Assembly: GCA_051881555.1 (NCBI GenBank)
Contig: JBJEQC010000236.1
Span: forward strand, 1-32,413
Source of the DNA: Acutalibacteraceae bacterium
GTDB taxonomy: Bacteria > Bacillota > Clostridia > Oscillospirales > Acutalibacteraceae
Direction of reading: 5' to 3'
Length of the DNA stretch: 32,413 nt
Of the stretch, positions 1 through 9,052 are shown piece after piece. Every line of letters starts with the position of its first letter. The stretch's first letter is position 1. The translations under genes and the position numbers were made by a program. The notes under the pieces are model-generated. The model did no database searches and was not told the origin of the DNA. It was given only the letters and a program-made list of their open reading frames with translations.

Positions 1-71
1 CACGTCTTTAACAGTTTTAGGGGATTTTTCGACTGTACTTTTCTTGACATTTCCAAAGCTAATTGTATGGG

Positions 72-176
72 CTCCCTCCTGAGGGTGCGGGTTGCCGGTG
101 GCAACCTCTGAGCGCAAGCTCAGAAGCACCGACCGAGGCGGGAGCCGAGAAAGCTGGCGCATAGCGCCTGAGGGAG
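72..176 (+). repeat. 105-bp multi-hairpin dispersed element, copy 1 (CTCCCTC...GAGGGAG)
   Basis: Near-identical to 29849-29953. Contains hairpins GGTTGCC-ggt-GGCAACC, TCTGAGC-gcaa-GCTCAGA and GGCGC-ata-GCGCC. Similarity extends into a shared 3' tail (AAAACTCGTCAAAT). Confidence 0.9.
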
Positions 177-252
177 TAAAAAAACTCGTCAAATTCCAAT
201 TTTGTTATAAGCTAACGGATTAATCAGTGCGACAAAAGACACGCACGCATCA

Positions 253-833
253 GTAGGGAACGCCGTCCTCGGCGTTCCGAAAAGCAAAAATAAAGACTTG
301 GTTTATGCGGGACGGGCAACCCGTCCCCTACGGATACTACCTGAAAACGCATAATTTAACGATAAATCCGTAGGGTTCGGCGTCCCCGACGAACCAATTC
401 GCCATGGGCGAATAGTTGTTTTATATATATTTTTGAAAAACAATGTGTCCTTCAAAAATTCAAAACGGCGGGAGCAAGCCCCCGCCCTACCGTGAATACG
501 GCAAAACATATTATTTCCGCGTTTTGGACGATGTGGACATCGTCCAAAAAAGGATTTTTACATTATTCGCCTGTGGCGAATCGGAACGCTGAGGACAGCG
601 TTCCCTACGAGGACTTTGTGTTATTACCGGGCTTTTTCAGGCGGGCGAACGCAGTTCGCCCCTACCGTGTTGCCGATGGTTTTTTGCTGTTTTTCGGAAT
701 GGCTGAATTGTTCAGGTTTAATAATCGGTTCGGTAGGGAACGCCGTCCCCGGCGTTCCGAAATCAATAATCATTAATTTTCCGTACCTTACCAATCCTCA
801 GCCCTACGGGCAGCTCCTTTGCCAAAGGAGCCC
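253..833. repeat. REP mosaic array 1 (8 GTAG-type palindromes plus one CTGAGG-type double hairpin)
   Basis: A+ 253-279, B- 308-331, C+ 370-395, D- 466-490, E hybrid 522-549, A'- 582-608, F- 642-665, A+ 733-759. Accessory hairpin ATTCGCC-nnn-GGCGAAT at 397-413 and 565-581. Double hairpin GGGCTCCTTTGGCAAAGGAGCTGCCCGTAGGGCTGAGG on the - strand at 796-833. Confidence 0.92.
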
Positions 834-895
834 AAACAGATAACTTTCATTTTTTCCGAAAAAAGCATTAAGAAAGTGAAAGCTCTTTATTACTA

Positions 896-1531
896 CTATT
901 CAACCAAAGGAATAAGCTCAAACAAGTCATCGATAAGCGGCGCACCGCTTTGAAAAAGCCTTGTTCTGTTTTCGTGGCCGCTCGTCAAAAGCACGCAGTC
1001 CGCACCGAGCTCCTTTGACATTTCAAAATCATGTTCAAGATCGCCGACAACGAGAACTTTTTCTTTCTCGGCACCCGATTTTTCAAGATAGCCTGCGGCT
1101 CTTTCAATCTTTGAGCCTGCAAGAAAATCCTCGGAACCGAGAACGGCATTAAACATGCCGTCCAAGCCGTATTTTTTGACATTCCGAATAAGCTGAGCAT
1201 TATTTGATGACGAAACAATGACTTGATTTATTCCTTTTGAGCAAAAATATTTCACCGCTTCCTCTGCTCCGTCAGTCAGCGAGCATTCGCAGAGATGGCG
1301 CATATAACCGTCATTATATTGCTTGATAATCAAATTATAATCTTCTTTTTCAAGCTCAAAAACACGCTCATAGAATTTTTTGATGGGAACTCCTATACAT
1401 TCACGGTAAAAATCAAGGTCTATCGGCTCTTTGCCACGCTCGGCTAGCATATCGTTGACGCTTGAAAGCGAGGCTTGAACATCGTTGAGCAGAGTTCCGT
1501 TCCAATCCCAGATTATATGTGTATATTTCAT
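896..1531 (-). CDS. HAD-superfamily hydrolase (phosphoglycolate phosphatase-like)
   Basis: Motif I WDWNGTLLND, motif II SSS, motif IV VVGDLEHD; GGAG RBS upstream. Confidence 0.88.
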   Translation of the reverse strand: MKYTHIIWDWNGTLLNDVQASLSSVNDMLAERGKEPIDLDFYRECIGVPIKKFYERVFELEKEDYNLIIKQYNDGYMRHLCECSLTDGAEEAVKYFCSKGINQVIVSSSNNAQLIRNVKKYGLDGMFNAVLGSEDFLAGSKIERAAGYLEKSGAEKEKVLVVGDLEHDFEMSKELGADCVLLTSGHENRTRLFQSGAPLIDDLFELIPLVE

Positions 1532-1580
1532 TCATCGGCTCCTTGGATAATAAATAATGATTCAATATTTAAAAATAATA

Positions 1581-1609
1581 TTGATAAAAAGCGATATTGA
1601 GTGTATCAT
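1581..1609 (+). promoter_or_regulatory. Putative sigma-A promoter for the MGMT gene
   Basis: TTGATA-17 bp-TATCAT about 25 bp upstream of the GTG start. Confidence 0.45.
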
Positions 1610-1633
1610 AATTCCGAAAAGAAGGTGATAAGC

Positions 1634-1945
1634 GTGACAACATTTGAAAAAATATATGAAGTCGTAAGGCAGATACCCAAAGGCAAGGTCGCAACCTACG
1701 GGCTTGTTGCCGCTCTTGCGGGCAATCCTCGCTGGGCAAGAGTTGTCGGCTACGCCCTGCATGTCAACCCCGAGCCGGGCAAAATCCCGTGCCACAGGGT
1801 GGTTAACCGTCAGGGAATGGTCTCCTCCGCTTTCGCATTCGGCGGCGAAAACATGCAAAGACTTCTGCTGAGCGAAGAAGGAATCGAATTTCGCCCGGAC
1901 GGCTCAATTGACCTTTGCAAATTTATCTGGAAACCGGAGTTATAA
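1634..1945 (+). CDS. MGMT family / O6-alkylguanine DNA alkyltransferase (C-terminal domain only)
   Basis: IPKGKVATYG...ARVVG...IPCHRVVN with the active-site Cys. GTG start at 1634 after AAGGTG is preferred over the ORF-track start at 1601. Confidence 0.88.
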   Translation: MTTFEKIYEVVRQIPKGKVATYGLVAALAGNPRWARVVGYALHVNPEPGKIPCHRVVNRQGMVSSAFAFGGENMQRLLLSEEGIEFRPDGSIDLCKFIWKPEL

Positions 1946-3239
1946 CTCCGCTGTCGGATATCTTAACCCCTTGAGGCTCATAGCTTTCAACCCTGTCAAA
2001 CAGCGCTCTGCTGTTCTCGGGGTCGGATAAAAGCCTTGTCTCACAGCCCTGCTGTTTAAGCGGCATAATGGTGGTCTGAACATTCATTTTGCGGTCAAAA
2101 TTCAGAGTTATTACGCATGAATCAAGCGTTTTGCTGTTGAACCAGAAATTGCCCACGCTGTAAATAATCGGCGCACCTTTATAGAAATCCATGCCCTGCA
2201 GGCAATGAGTGTGACCGCCTATTACGGCGTCAACGCCTGCGTCGATATATTCCCTCGCCATGGTTTTCTGAGCGTCCTCAAGCACGGTTGAATTCTCCGT
2301 TCCCCAATGCACATAAGCGATAAGAAAATCGCATTGTTCATCGGCAACTTTGATTGCTTTTAAGAACCTTTCGCTCTCATAGGTGCCCATAACGCCCGCA
2401 TCATTGTTGGTCGCAACCGGGGTGAAATAGACCTTTTCCGCTCTGCTTGCGGCAACAACTCCTACCTTGATACCGTTGACAATGAAATAATATCCCTCAG
2501 CCGCTTCGCCGACATTCATGCCCGCCCCGACATAGGGCATACCGGCATTTTTCAGGTGATACATCGTGTCAACAAAGCCCTCCAAGCCGTAGTCATAGAC
2601 ATGGTTATTGGCAAGCGACACGATATCGGCGCCCAAATCCTTAAAAATTTTGATTCTGTCGGGATGAGCCTGAAAGGTCCATGTTTTCCCCTCTAAAGGT
2701 GCACCCCTCTCGCCGATTGAAAATTCATTGTTAATAAGAAAAATATCGCAGGCGTTGAGATAATCAACAACCGCCTTGTCAATGCAGTTGATAACGCCGC
2801 CTTTTTCATAGGAATGAACCATGGGAGCGTAATCGGGGTCAAAAAGAATATCGCCGACAAAGGCAAAGCTGAAAGTATCTTTGCCGTTATCTCCCCTGTT
2901 TTCAATGTTTTTTGAGTCAATTTTCCCGCTTATCATATCGCTGACGACATGATATGAATAACCGAGGGTTTCAAGCCATGAAAGCTCCGTGTAGCTCCCG
3001 TTTTCAACCTGTTCAAGGAGCGATTTAACCGCCTCATCGCCGAAATCTTTGAGAAATTCGGCAGAAACCGCAAGGCCGGAAGCCTCGGAAATCTTCGCAG
3101 ACGCTTCCGTATAATTCAACGCTTTGGCCTGAGCGGCTATTGCTTCACCGTAGCCGTCGGGCGTTTGAATTTTGCAGGAAGAAAGCAGACATAATATTAA
3201 TGTAATAATTATAGTATTGAAAAATATTTTTCTTTTCAT
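1923..3239 (-). CDS. CapA/PgsA-family metallophosphoesterase, putative lipoprotein
   Basis: FVGDILF, NNE, SLANNHVYDYG, HWGTE, GGHTH and YSVGNF motifs; N-terminal lipobox-like LLSSC. Confidence 0.88.
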   Translation of the reverse strand: MKRKIFFNTIIITLILCLLSSCKIQTPDGYGEAIAAQAKALNYTEASAKISEASGLAVSAEFLKDFGDEAVKSLLEQVENGSYTELSWLETLGYSYHVVSDMISGKIDSKNIENRGDNGKDTFSFAFVGDILFDPDYAPMVHSYEKGGVINCIDKAVVDYLNACDIFLINNEFSIGERGAPLEGKTWTFQAHPDRIKIFKDLGADIVSLANNHVYDYGLEGFVDTMYHLKNAGMPYVGAGMNVGEAAEGYYFIVNGIKVGVVAASRAEKVYFTPVATNNDAGVMGTYESERFLKAIKVADEQCDFLIAYVHWGTENSTVLEDAQKTMAREYIDAGVDAVIGGHTHCLQGMDFYKGAPIIYSVGNFWFNSKTLDSCVITLNFDRKMNVQTTIMPLKQQGCETRLLSDPENSRALFDRVESYEPQGVKISDSGVITPVSR

Positions 3240-3739
3240 TATTTACCCAACCTATCTTTTAACTCCGTTATTTCAATCAGCTCCGAGCTGACATTTTTCA
3301 TGTATTCAAGTGTTTCTCTGTCGTGAATGAGAACCCTCGCCGCCCTCTTAACAGCTCTCTCAAACGGTGCGGAAAGCCGCACTCTTTCGTCGGACAGCGG
3401 ACATTCGCCCGCTCTCGGATCACGGACAACCCTTATTCTGACCCTTCCGCCTCTTTCGGTTACCAACGGAAAAAGAGGAAAAAAGCGGCAGGCAAGCGGT
3501 CTTTCGCCTCTGCGGCACTCCCCGGAGCACAAAAGCATCGGATATCCGTGGTTAGCTTCGGTATTTTTGACCTCAAAACCCTGCTTGTCGGCAAACAGCT
3601 CGTCCTCGCTTGGGTAAAGCCACATGCCTTTACAGTCACCTTTACAGCACAATGCTCCGCAGATTTCTCCGCAGTTGACAGAGCCGAGCGGCGTTTTGTG
3701 AAAAAGTATCTTATAAGCCTCTTTTAACTGCCTTTTTAT
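3239..3739 (-). CDS. Cys-cluster protein (YkgJ/CxxCxxCC-like), likely ATA start
   Basis: The frame extends upstream of the ORF-track TTG (3652) to include TPLGSVNCGEICGALCCKG; RPLACRFFP and a further Cys follow. GAGGTG lies 8 nt before ATA at 3739, with an in-frame TAA just upstream. Confidence 0.7.
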   Translation of the reverse strand: MKRQLKEAYKILFHKTPLGSVNCGEICGALCCKGDCKGMWLYPSEDELFADKQGFEVKNTEANHGYPMLLCSGECRRGERPLACRFFPLFPLVTERGGRVRIRVVRDPRAGECPLSDERVRLSAPFERAVKRAARVLIHDRETLEYMKNVSSELIEITELKDRLGK

Positions 3740-4077
3740 AAAATTCTCACCTCTTTTTTATTGATATTGCTTCGTTTTTAACGATAATATTGTTAATTAT
3801 GCCAAAATGAATAATGGGTTTTATTTTTCAATATTGCAAATATAGTCTATATTTTTAGGAAGGATTTTTTTATTTTTAACTCTTTTCTTTTTTATGACTT
3901 TTCGTTCAATCTGTAAAGTCGAATAGCTTTACGCACTCAAATTGTTCCGATTCACGAAATTTTCTTAATTTTTCAAAATTCAACAGATTTTTTATTGTTA
4001 ATATTCTAATATATTTCATTAAAAATTTCAAGTTTTTTACAACTTTTAATAATTTACTTTATTTTGTATACCTTATA

Positions 4078-4086
4078 TGATATAAT
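4078..4086 (+). promoter_or_regulatory. Extended -10 (TGaTATAAT) upstream of malQ
   Basis: TGATATAAT 36 bp before the ATG in an AT-rich intergenic region; -35 match is weak. Confidence 0.45.
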
Positions 4087-4122
4087 AACCATATTCCCGC
4101 AAAGAAAGGTGTTTTCTGAATT

Positions 4123-5556
4123 ATGAAAAGAAAAAGCGGAATTCTGATGCCCGTTTCTTCGCTTTACGGCGATTATTCAATCGGCAATTTCGGCAAGAGC
4201 GCATTTGAATTCATTGATTTTATAGCCGATTGCGGCTTTTCGGTCTGGCAGGTGCTTCCGTTCACCGTCACCGATGAATATAATTCCCCCTACAAATCCT
4301 TTTCCGCTTTCGGCGGCAACCCTTATTTTGTTGACCCCGAAAAGCTTTTTGAGGACGGTCTGATTTCAGCGGAAGACCTTGAAAACTGTAAACAAAAAAC
4401 GCCTTTTGTTGCAGAATATGAAAGGCTCGGCAAGGAGCGTCTTCCCCTGCTGAGGAAAGCGTCTCTTAATTTTAAAAATACCGCTGAGGTTGATGATTTT
4501 ATTGAAAGTCATCCGAGAATTGAGGCTTTCTGCCGCTTTATGACCCTGCGTGAACAAAACGGCGGCAAGCGCTGGCAGGAATGGCAGTCCGACGAAATAA
4601 CGGATTTTGAAACGCTCAATATGTGGAAATTCATTCAATACGAATTTTTCACCCAATGGGCAGAAGTTAAACAATACGCCGAGTCAAAGGGCATAAGCAT
4701 AATCGGCGATATTCCCATTTATGTTTCGGACGACAGCTGTGATGTCTGGGAGAACCGTAGCCTGTTTGAACTGAACGAAAAAGGCTATCCCACAAGCGTT
4801 GCGGGCGTTCCGCCCGATTATTTCGCCGAGGACGGTCAGCTTTGGGGTAATCCCCTTTACGATTGGAACGAAATGAAGAAAGACGGCTACGGCTGGTGGC
4901 GTGAGCGCATGGATCACGCTCTTGAAATGTTTGACGGCGTTCGCATCGACCATTTCAGAGCCATTGAATCCTATTGGGCGGTTGATTCGGAGGAAACGAC
5001 AGCTAAAAACGGCGTCTGGCGAAAGGGACCGGGCATTGATTTCATTAATGCGATAAAGGAAAACCACGAGGACAAATTAATCATTGCCGAGGATCTCGGC
5101 GATATAACCGACGAGGTTCGTGCGCTTGTTGATGAGAGCGGGTTCCCCGGAATGAGAGTGTTCCAATTCGGCTTTCTTGACGACGGCGACAGCATTCACA
5201 TGCCGCATAATTATATCCGCAATTCCGTTGCCTACTCGGGCACTCACGATAACAACACTCTTTTCGGCTTCCTTTGGGAGAGTAGCGAGGATGTTCGCCG
5301 CAGGGCGCTTGAATACTGCGGATTCCCCGGCGGAGACTGGGGCGGAGCATGTCCGCTTTTCCTCAGAACGCTCTTTGAGAGCGTAAGCGACCTTGTTATT
5401 ATTCCGATTCAGGACTTTTTGATGTACGGCTCCGACACAAGAATCAACACTCCCGGCGTTTCGGGCGGAAACTGGAGCTACAGAGTAACCAAGGAACAGC
5501 TTCTTAATGCCGACAGAGAATTTTTCAAATCACTTAACAGAATTTACAAGAGGTAA
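4123..5556 (+). CDS. malQ: 4-alpha-glucanotransferase (amylomaltase, GH77)
   Basis: WQVLP, SPYKSFSAFGGNP, GDIPIYV, GVPPDYF, GQLWGNPLYDW, RIDHFR, AEDLG, GTHDN and INTPG motifs. Confidence 0.96.
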   Translation: MKRKSGILMPVSSLYGDYSIGNFGKSAFEFIDFIADCGFSVWQVLPFTVTDEYNSPYKSFSAFGGNPYFVDPEKLFEDGLISAEDLENCKQKTPFVAEYERLGKERLPLLRKASLNFKNTAEVDDFIESHPRIEAFCRFMTLREQNGGKRWQEWQSDEITDFETLNMWKFIQYEFFTQWAEVKQYAESKGISIIGDIPIYVSDDSCDVWENRSLFELNEKGYPTSVAGVPPDYFAEDGQLWGNPLYDWNEMKKDGYGWWRERMDHALEMFDGVRIDHFRAIESYWAVDSEETTAKNGVWRKGPGIDFINAIKENHEDKLIIAEDLGDITDEVRALVDESGFPGMRVFQFGFLDDGDSIHMPHNYIRNSVAYSGTHDNNTLFGFLWESSEDVRRRALEYCGFPGGDWGGACPLFLRTLFESVSDLVIIPIQDFLMYGSDTRINTPGVSGGNWSYRVTKEQLLNADREFFKSLNRIYKR

Positions 5557-5563
5557 AATATAA

Positions 5564-6832
5564 ATGGAATCAGCAAAAACATTTTTTGAATTCAGCGGTA
5601 AAATAGCCGAGGCGTCCGCCGCCGCCCTTGAAAAGGCAAAGGAAAAATTTGGGGAAATTGAAGAAATAACGGAGTATAACCAGCAAAAGGTGCTCAGGGC
5701 TTTTATTGACAGCAGAGTCAGCGAAGCGGATTTTGCAGGCTCAACGGGCTACGGCTACGGCGACTCGGGCAGAGAAAAGCTTGACAGAATTTATGCCGAC
5801 ATTTTCGGCGCAGAGGACGCAATAGTCCGCCACAGCTTCACCTGCGGCACTCACACCCTTGCGATTGCTCTTTTCGGGGTTCTGAGACCGGGCGACACGA
5901 TGCTCTGCGTTACGGGAACACCCTATGACACCATTCACAGCGTTATAGGCTTAAGCGACGAGGGCATGGGCTCGCTCAAGGATTTCGGGGTTAAATACGA
6001 ACAGACCGACCTCGGCAAAGACGGCAAGCCCGACATGGAGGCTATCGAAAAAGCTCTTGAATCAAAGCCGAAAATGGTTTATATTCAGCGTTCAAGGGGC
6101 TACAGCCTGCGCCCGAGCCTTTCGGTTGACGAAATCGGCGAAATTGCTTCGCTTGTTCATTCAAAATGCGATGCGATAGTAATGGTTGACAACTGCTACG
6201 GCGAGCTTGTTGAAAAAACCGAGCCTACTCAGGTCGGAGCGGATCTCATGGCAGGCTCTCTGATTAAAAATGCGGGCGGTTCAATTGCCCGAACGGGCGG
6301 CTACATAGCGGGCAGGCATGATTTGGTTGAGCTTTGCGCTTACAGAGCAACAACTCCCGGTCTCGGCAAGGAGGTCGGATGCACTCTCGGCGAAAACAGA
6401 AACATGTTCATGGGCATTTTTCATGCTCCCCATGTTGTCGGCGAAGCGTTGAAATCCGCCGTTTTTGCCGCATCTCTTTTTGAAAATCTCGGCTTTTCGG
6501 TCACTCCCGCAAGCGACGAAAGCCGTCACGATATAATTCAGGCTCTCTGCCTTGAAAATTCCGACAGACTAATTGAATTCTGCAAAGGCATTCAGAGCGG
6601 CGCACCCGTTGATTCGTTCGTTACTCCCGAGCCGTGGGATATGCCGGGCTATGACAGCAAGGTTATCATGGCGGCAGGGGCGTTCATTCTCGGCTCATCA
6701 ATCGAGCTTTCCGCAGACGCTCCCCTGCGTGAGCCGTTTGCGGTGTGGATGCAGGGCGGAATTAATTTCCATTCCGCAAAAACCGCAATCATGCTTGCCG
6801 CCGAGGGACTGAACAGGAAAGGACTGCTTTAA
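5564..6832 (+). CDS. Methionine gamma-lyase family / YnbB 'aluminium resistance' PLP protein
   Basis: GSTGYGYGD.GR, GTHTLA, IQRSRGYS.R, VDNCYGE, GSLIKNAGG and IELSADAP motifs. Confidence 0.9.
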   Translation: MESAKTFFEFSGKIAEASAAALEKAKEKFGEIEEITEYNQQKVLRAFIDSRVSEADFAGSTGYGYGDSGREKLDRIYADIFGAEDAIVRHSFTCGTHTLAIALFGVLRPGDTMLCVTGTPYDTIHSVIGLSDEGMGSLKDFGVKYEQTDLGKDGKPDMEAIEKALESKPKMVYIQRSRGYSLRPSLSVDEIGEIASLVHSKCDAIVMVDNCYGELVEKTEPTQVGADLMAGSLIKNAGGSIARTGGYIAGRHDLVELCAYRATTPGLGKEVGCTLGENRNMFMGIFHAPHVVGEALKSAVFAASLFENLGFSVTPASDESRHDIIQALCLENSDRLIEFCKGIQSGAPVDSFVTPEPWDMPGYDSKVIMAAGAFILGSSIELSADAPLREPFAVWMQGGINFHSAKTAIMLAAEGLNRKGLL

Positions 6833-6833
6833 T

Positions 6834-7517
6834 ATGGAATACAAAGGAATAAGCAGAGACGCACTTTTTCTCATGGCGGATAACCGTTTCAGGGATTCAA
6901 AGGCGTATTATGAAGAACATAAGGAACAGATTAAGGAATCAATGACCGTTCCGATGAGACAGCTTGCCGAAATAATCGGCTCTGAGCTTGCAGGCATTGA
7001 CCCGATGATGAACACCGTTCCTACCAAAATGGTTTCAAGGGTTCGCCGTGACACGAGATTCACCAAGGATAAGCACCTTTACCGTGAAAATATGTGGATA
7101 ATGTTCATGCGCCCGAAGCACGAATGGCGGTGCTACCCGTGCATGTGGTTTGAGGTTACGCCCGTCAATTATTCGCTTGGGGTCGGATTTTTCGGAACGG
7201 AACCCGGTCTTATGGAAACCTTCCGCAAGGCTTTGCGTGAAAATCCGAAAGAATTTTTGAAAGCGGCGGAAAAATGCAAAAAAGCCGGAGCAAGGCTTGA
7301 CGAGGCGCACTATAAACGCCCGTTTCCCGACTGCCCCGACGGTCTTGAAGAATATTATAACTGCAAGGAAATATATTTTATATCATTCTCGGAAAATCTT
7401 GACGACCTCTCGGATAACAGAATCGTTGAGATAATGCGCTCAACCTACAAGGCGTTTTCGCCGATGTATAAATTTTTGCTCGGCGTTTCGGACGAATATT
7501 TTTCAAAGGAGGAATGA
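6834..7517 (+). CDS. DUF2461-family protein
   Basis: SRVRRDTRFTKDKHLYRENMW resembles the RDxRFSKDKxPYK signature; 227 aa. Confidence 0.75.
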   Translation: MEYKGISRDALFLMADNRFRDSKAYYEEHKEQIKESMTVPMRQLAEIIGSELAGIDPMMNTVPTKMVSRVRRDTRFTKDKHLYRENMWIMFMRPKHEWRCYPCMWFEVTPVNYSLGVGFFGTEPGLMETFRKALRENPKEFLKAAEKCKKAGARLDEAHYKRPFPDCPDGLEEYYNCKEIYFISFSENLDDLSDNRIVEIMRSTYKAFSPMYKFLLGVSDEYFSKEE

Positions 7518-9052
7518 CGGTGGATTATTCAAAATTTAAAAGCGGCAGCGATATCAGGGGCTACGCTCTCGGCGACGAGTCGAACCCGCTCTATATGAGC
7601 GACGAAATGATTATGAGAGCCTCGGCGGCTTTTCTGAAATGGCTTGAATCAAGATGCGGAAAGACTTCTCCCCGCATCTCTGTCGGTCACGACAGCCGCC
7701 TTTCGGCAGAAAGAATCAAAAATGCGGTTATCAAGGCTCTGACCTCAAACGGCGCAGAGGTTGCTGACTGCGGGCTTTGCTCAACCCCTGCAATGTTTAT
7801 GACAACTGTTGACGCAGGCTGTGACGGAGCGGTTCAGATAACGGCAAGCCATCACCCGATGGACAGAAACGGGTTGAAATTTTTCACAAAAGACGGCGGA
7901 CTTGACGGCTCTGACATTGCCGATATCCTTGAAAACGCCGCAAAAATCGAAAATCCTGTCGGTGACAGAAGCGGAAAGTATTCAAAGCTTGATTTCATGG
8001 AGCGTTATTCCGAAATTCTCAGAAACATGATTATTGACGGCGTTAACAGCGACAACGAGCGTGAAAAGCCGCTTAAAGGCATGAAAATCGTTGTTGACGC
8101 AGGCAACGGAGTCGGCGGTTTTTATGCCTGCAAAGTTCTTGAACCGCTCGGAGCGGATATTACGGGCAGTCTTTATCTTGAACCTGACGGCAATTTTCCG
8201 CATCATGCCCCGAACCCTGAAAACGCCGAAGCAATGGCTTGCGTTTCACGGGCAACCGCTGAAGCAAATGCGGATTTCGGCGTTATCTTTGACACCGATG
8301 TTGACAGAGCCGCATGCGTCGGCAAGGGCGGATTTGAAATAAACCGCAACCGTCTTGTTGCTCTTGCTTCAAAAATTGCTCTCACCTCCTGCCCCGGCGG
8401 CACTATCGTCACCGACAGCGTAACCTCCGACGGTCTTGCCGAATTTATTAAGGCAAACGGCGGAACTCATCTCAGATTTAAAAGAGGTTACCGCAACGTT
8501 ATCAACAAACAGCTTGAGCTGACAAGAAGCGGCGTTAAATGCCCTCTTGCAATGGAGACCTCGGGTCATGCCGCCTTTGCCGATAATTATTTTCTTGACG
8601 ACGGCGCATATCTGATAACAAGGCTGATAATTGAAGCCGCCAACATGGTGAAAAAAGGCGAAACGCTCGAGCATCTTATCGCTGATTTGCGTGAACCGAA
8701 AGAAGAAAAGGAACTGAGATTCAAAATTCTTGACGAGAATTTCAGACCGCAGGGTGAGAAAATCATCTCTCTTTTTGAAGAAGAAGCGAAAAATCATGAG
8801 GGCTGGAACGCTTGCTCCGATAATTACGAGGGCATACGCATAAACGCCGATTCTTCCTGCGGAAACGGCTGGTTCCTGCTCCGCCTGAGCGTTCACGACC
8901 CGATTATCGTTCTCAACTCTGAAAGCGACGAAAAAGGCGGAATCTTTAAAATGTGTTCGGATATTCTCAATGTCATTTCCCGAGCGGATAACATTGAAAA
9001 AATCGATGTTTCATCTTTAAAAAATTATGTTGAAAAGGAGAAATCGGTATGA
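7514..9052 (+). CDS. Phosphomannomutase/phosphoglucomutase
   Basis: SGSDIRG, TASHHP (catalytic Ser), FDTDVDR (metal loop), ETSGH. Confidence 0.93.
   Translation: MTVDYSKFKSGSDIRGYALGDESNPLYMSDEMIMRASAAFLKWLESRCGKTSPRISVGHDSRLSAERIKNAVIKALTSNGAEVADCGLCSTPAMFMTTVDAGCDGAVQITASHHPMDRNGLKFFTKDGGLDGSDIADILENAAKIENPVGDRSGKYSKLDFMERYSEILRNMIIDGVNSDNEREKPLKGMKIVVDAGNGVGGFYACKVLEPLGADITGSLYLEPDGNFPHHAPNPENAEAMACVSRATAEANADFGVIFDTDVDRAACVGKGGFEINRNRLVALASKIALTSCPGGTIVTDSVTSDGLAEFIKANGGTHLRFKRGYRNVINKQLELTRSGVKCPLAMETSGHAAFADNYFLDDGAYLITRLIIEAANMVKKGETLEHLIADLREPKEEKELRFKILDENFRPQGEKIISLFEEEAKNHEGWNACSDNYEGIRINADSSCGNGWFLLRLSVHDPIIVLNSESDEKGGIFKMCSDILNVISRADNIEKIDVSSLKNYVEKEKSV

Noticed and set aside
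303-843. ORFs 303-509, 492-776 and 616-843, and the similar ORFs at 26670-27552 (shared RANxVRPYRVA...GRERRPRRS)
   Set aside because: The peptide similarity comes from the repeated DNA modules. There are no RBSs or recognisable domains, and reading frames are not conserved across copies.
3760-4120. Riboswitch or sRNA in the long AT-rich intergenic region
   Set aside because: No recognisable aptamer or convincing terminator/antiterminator. It is consistent with divergent promoters.
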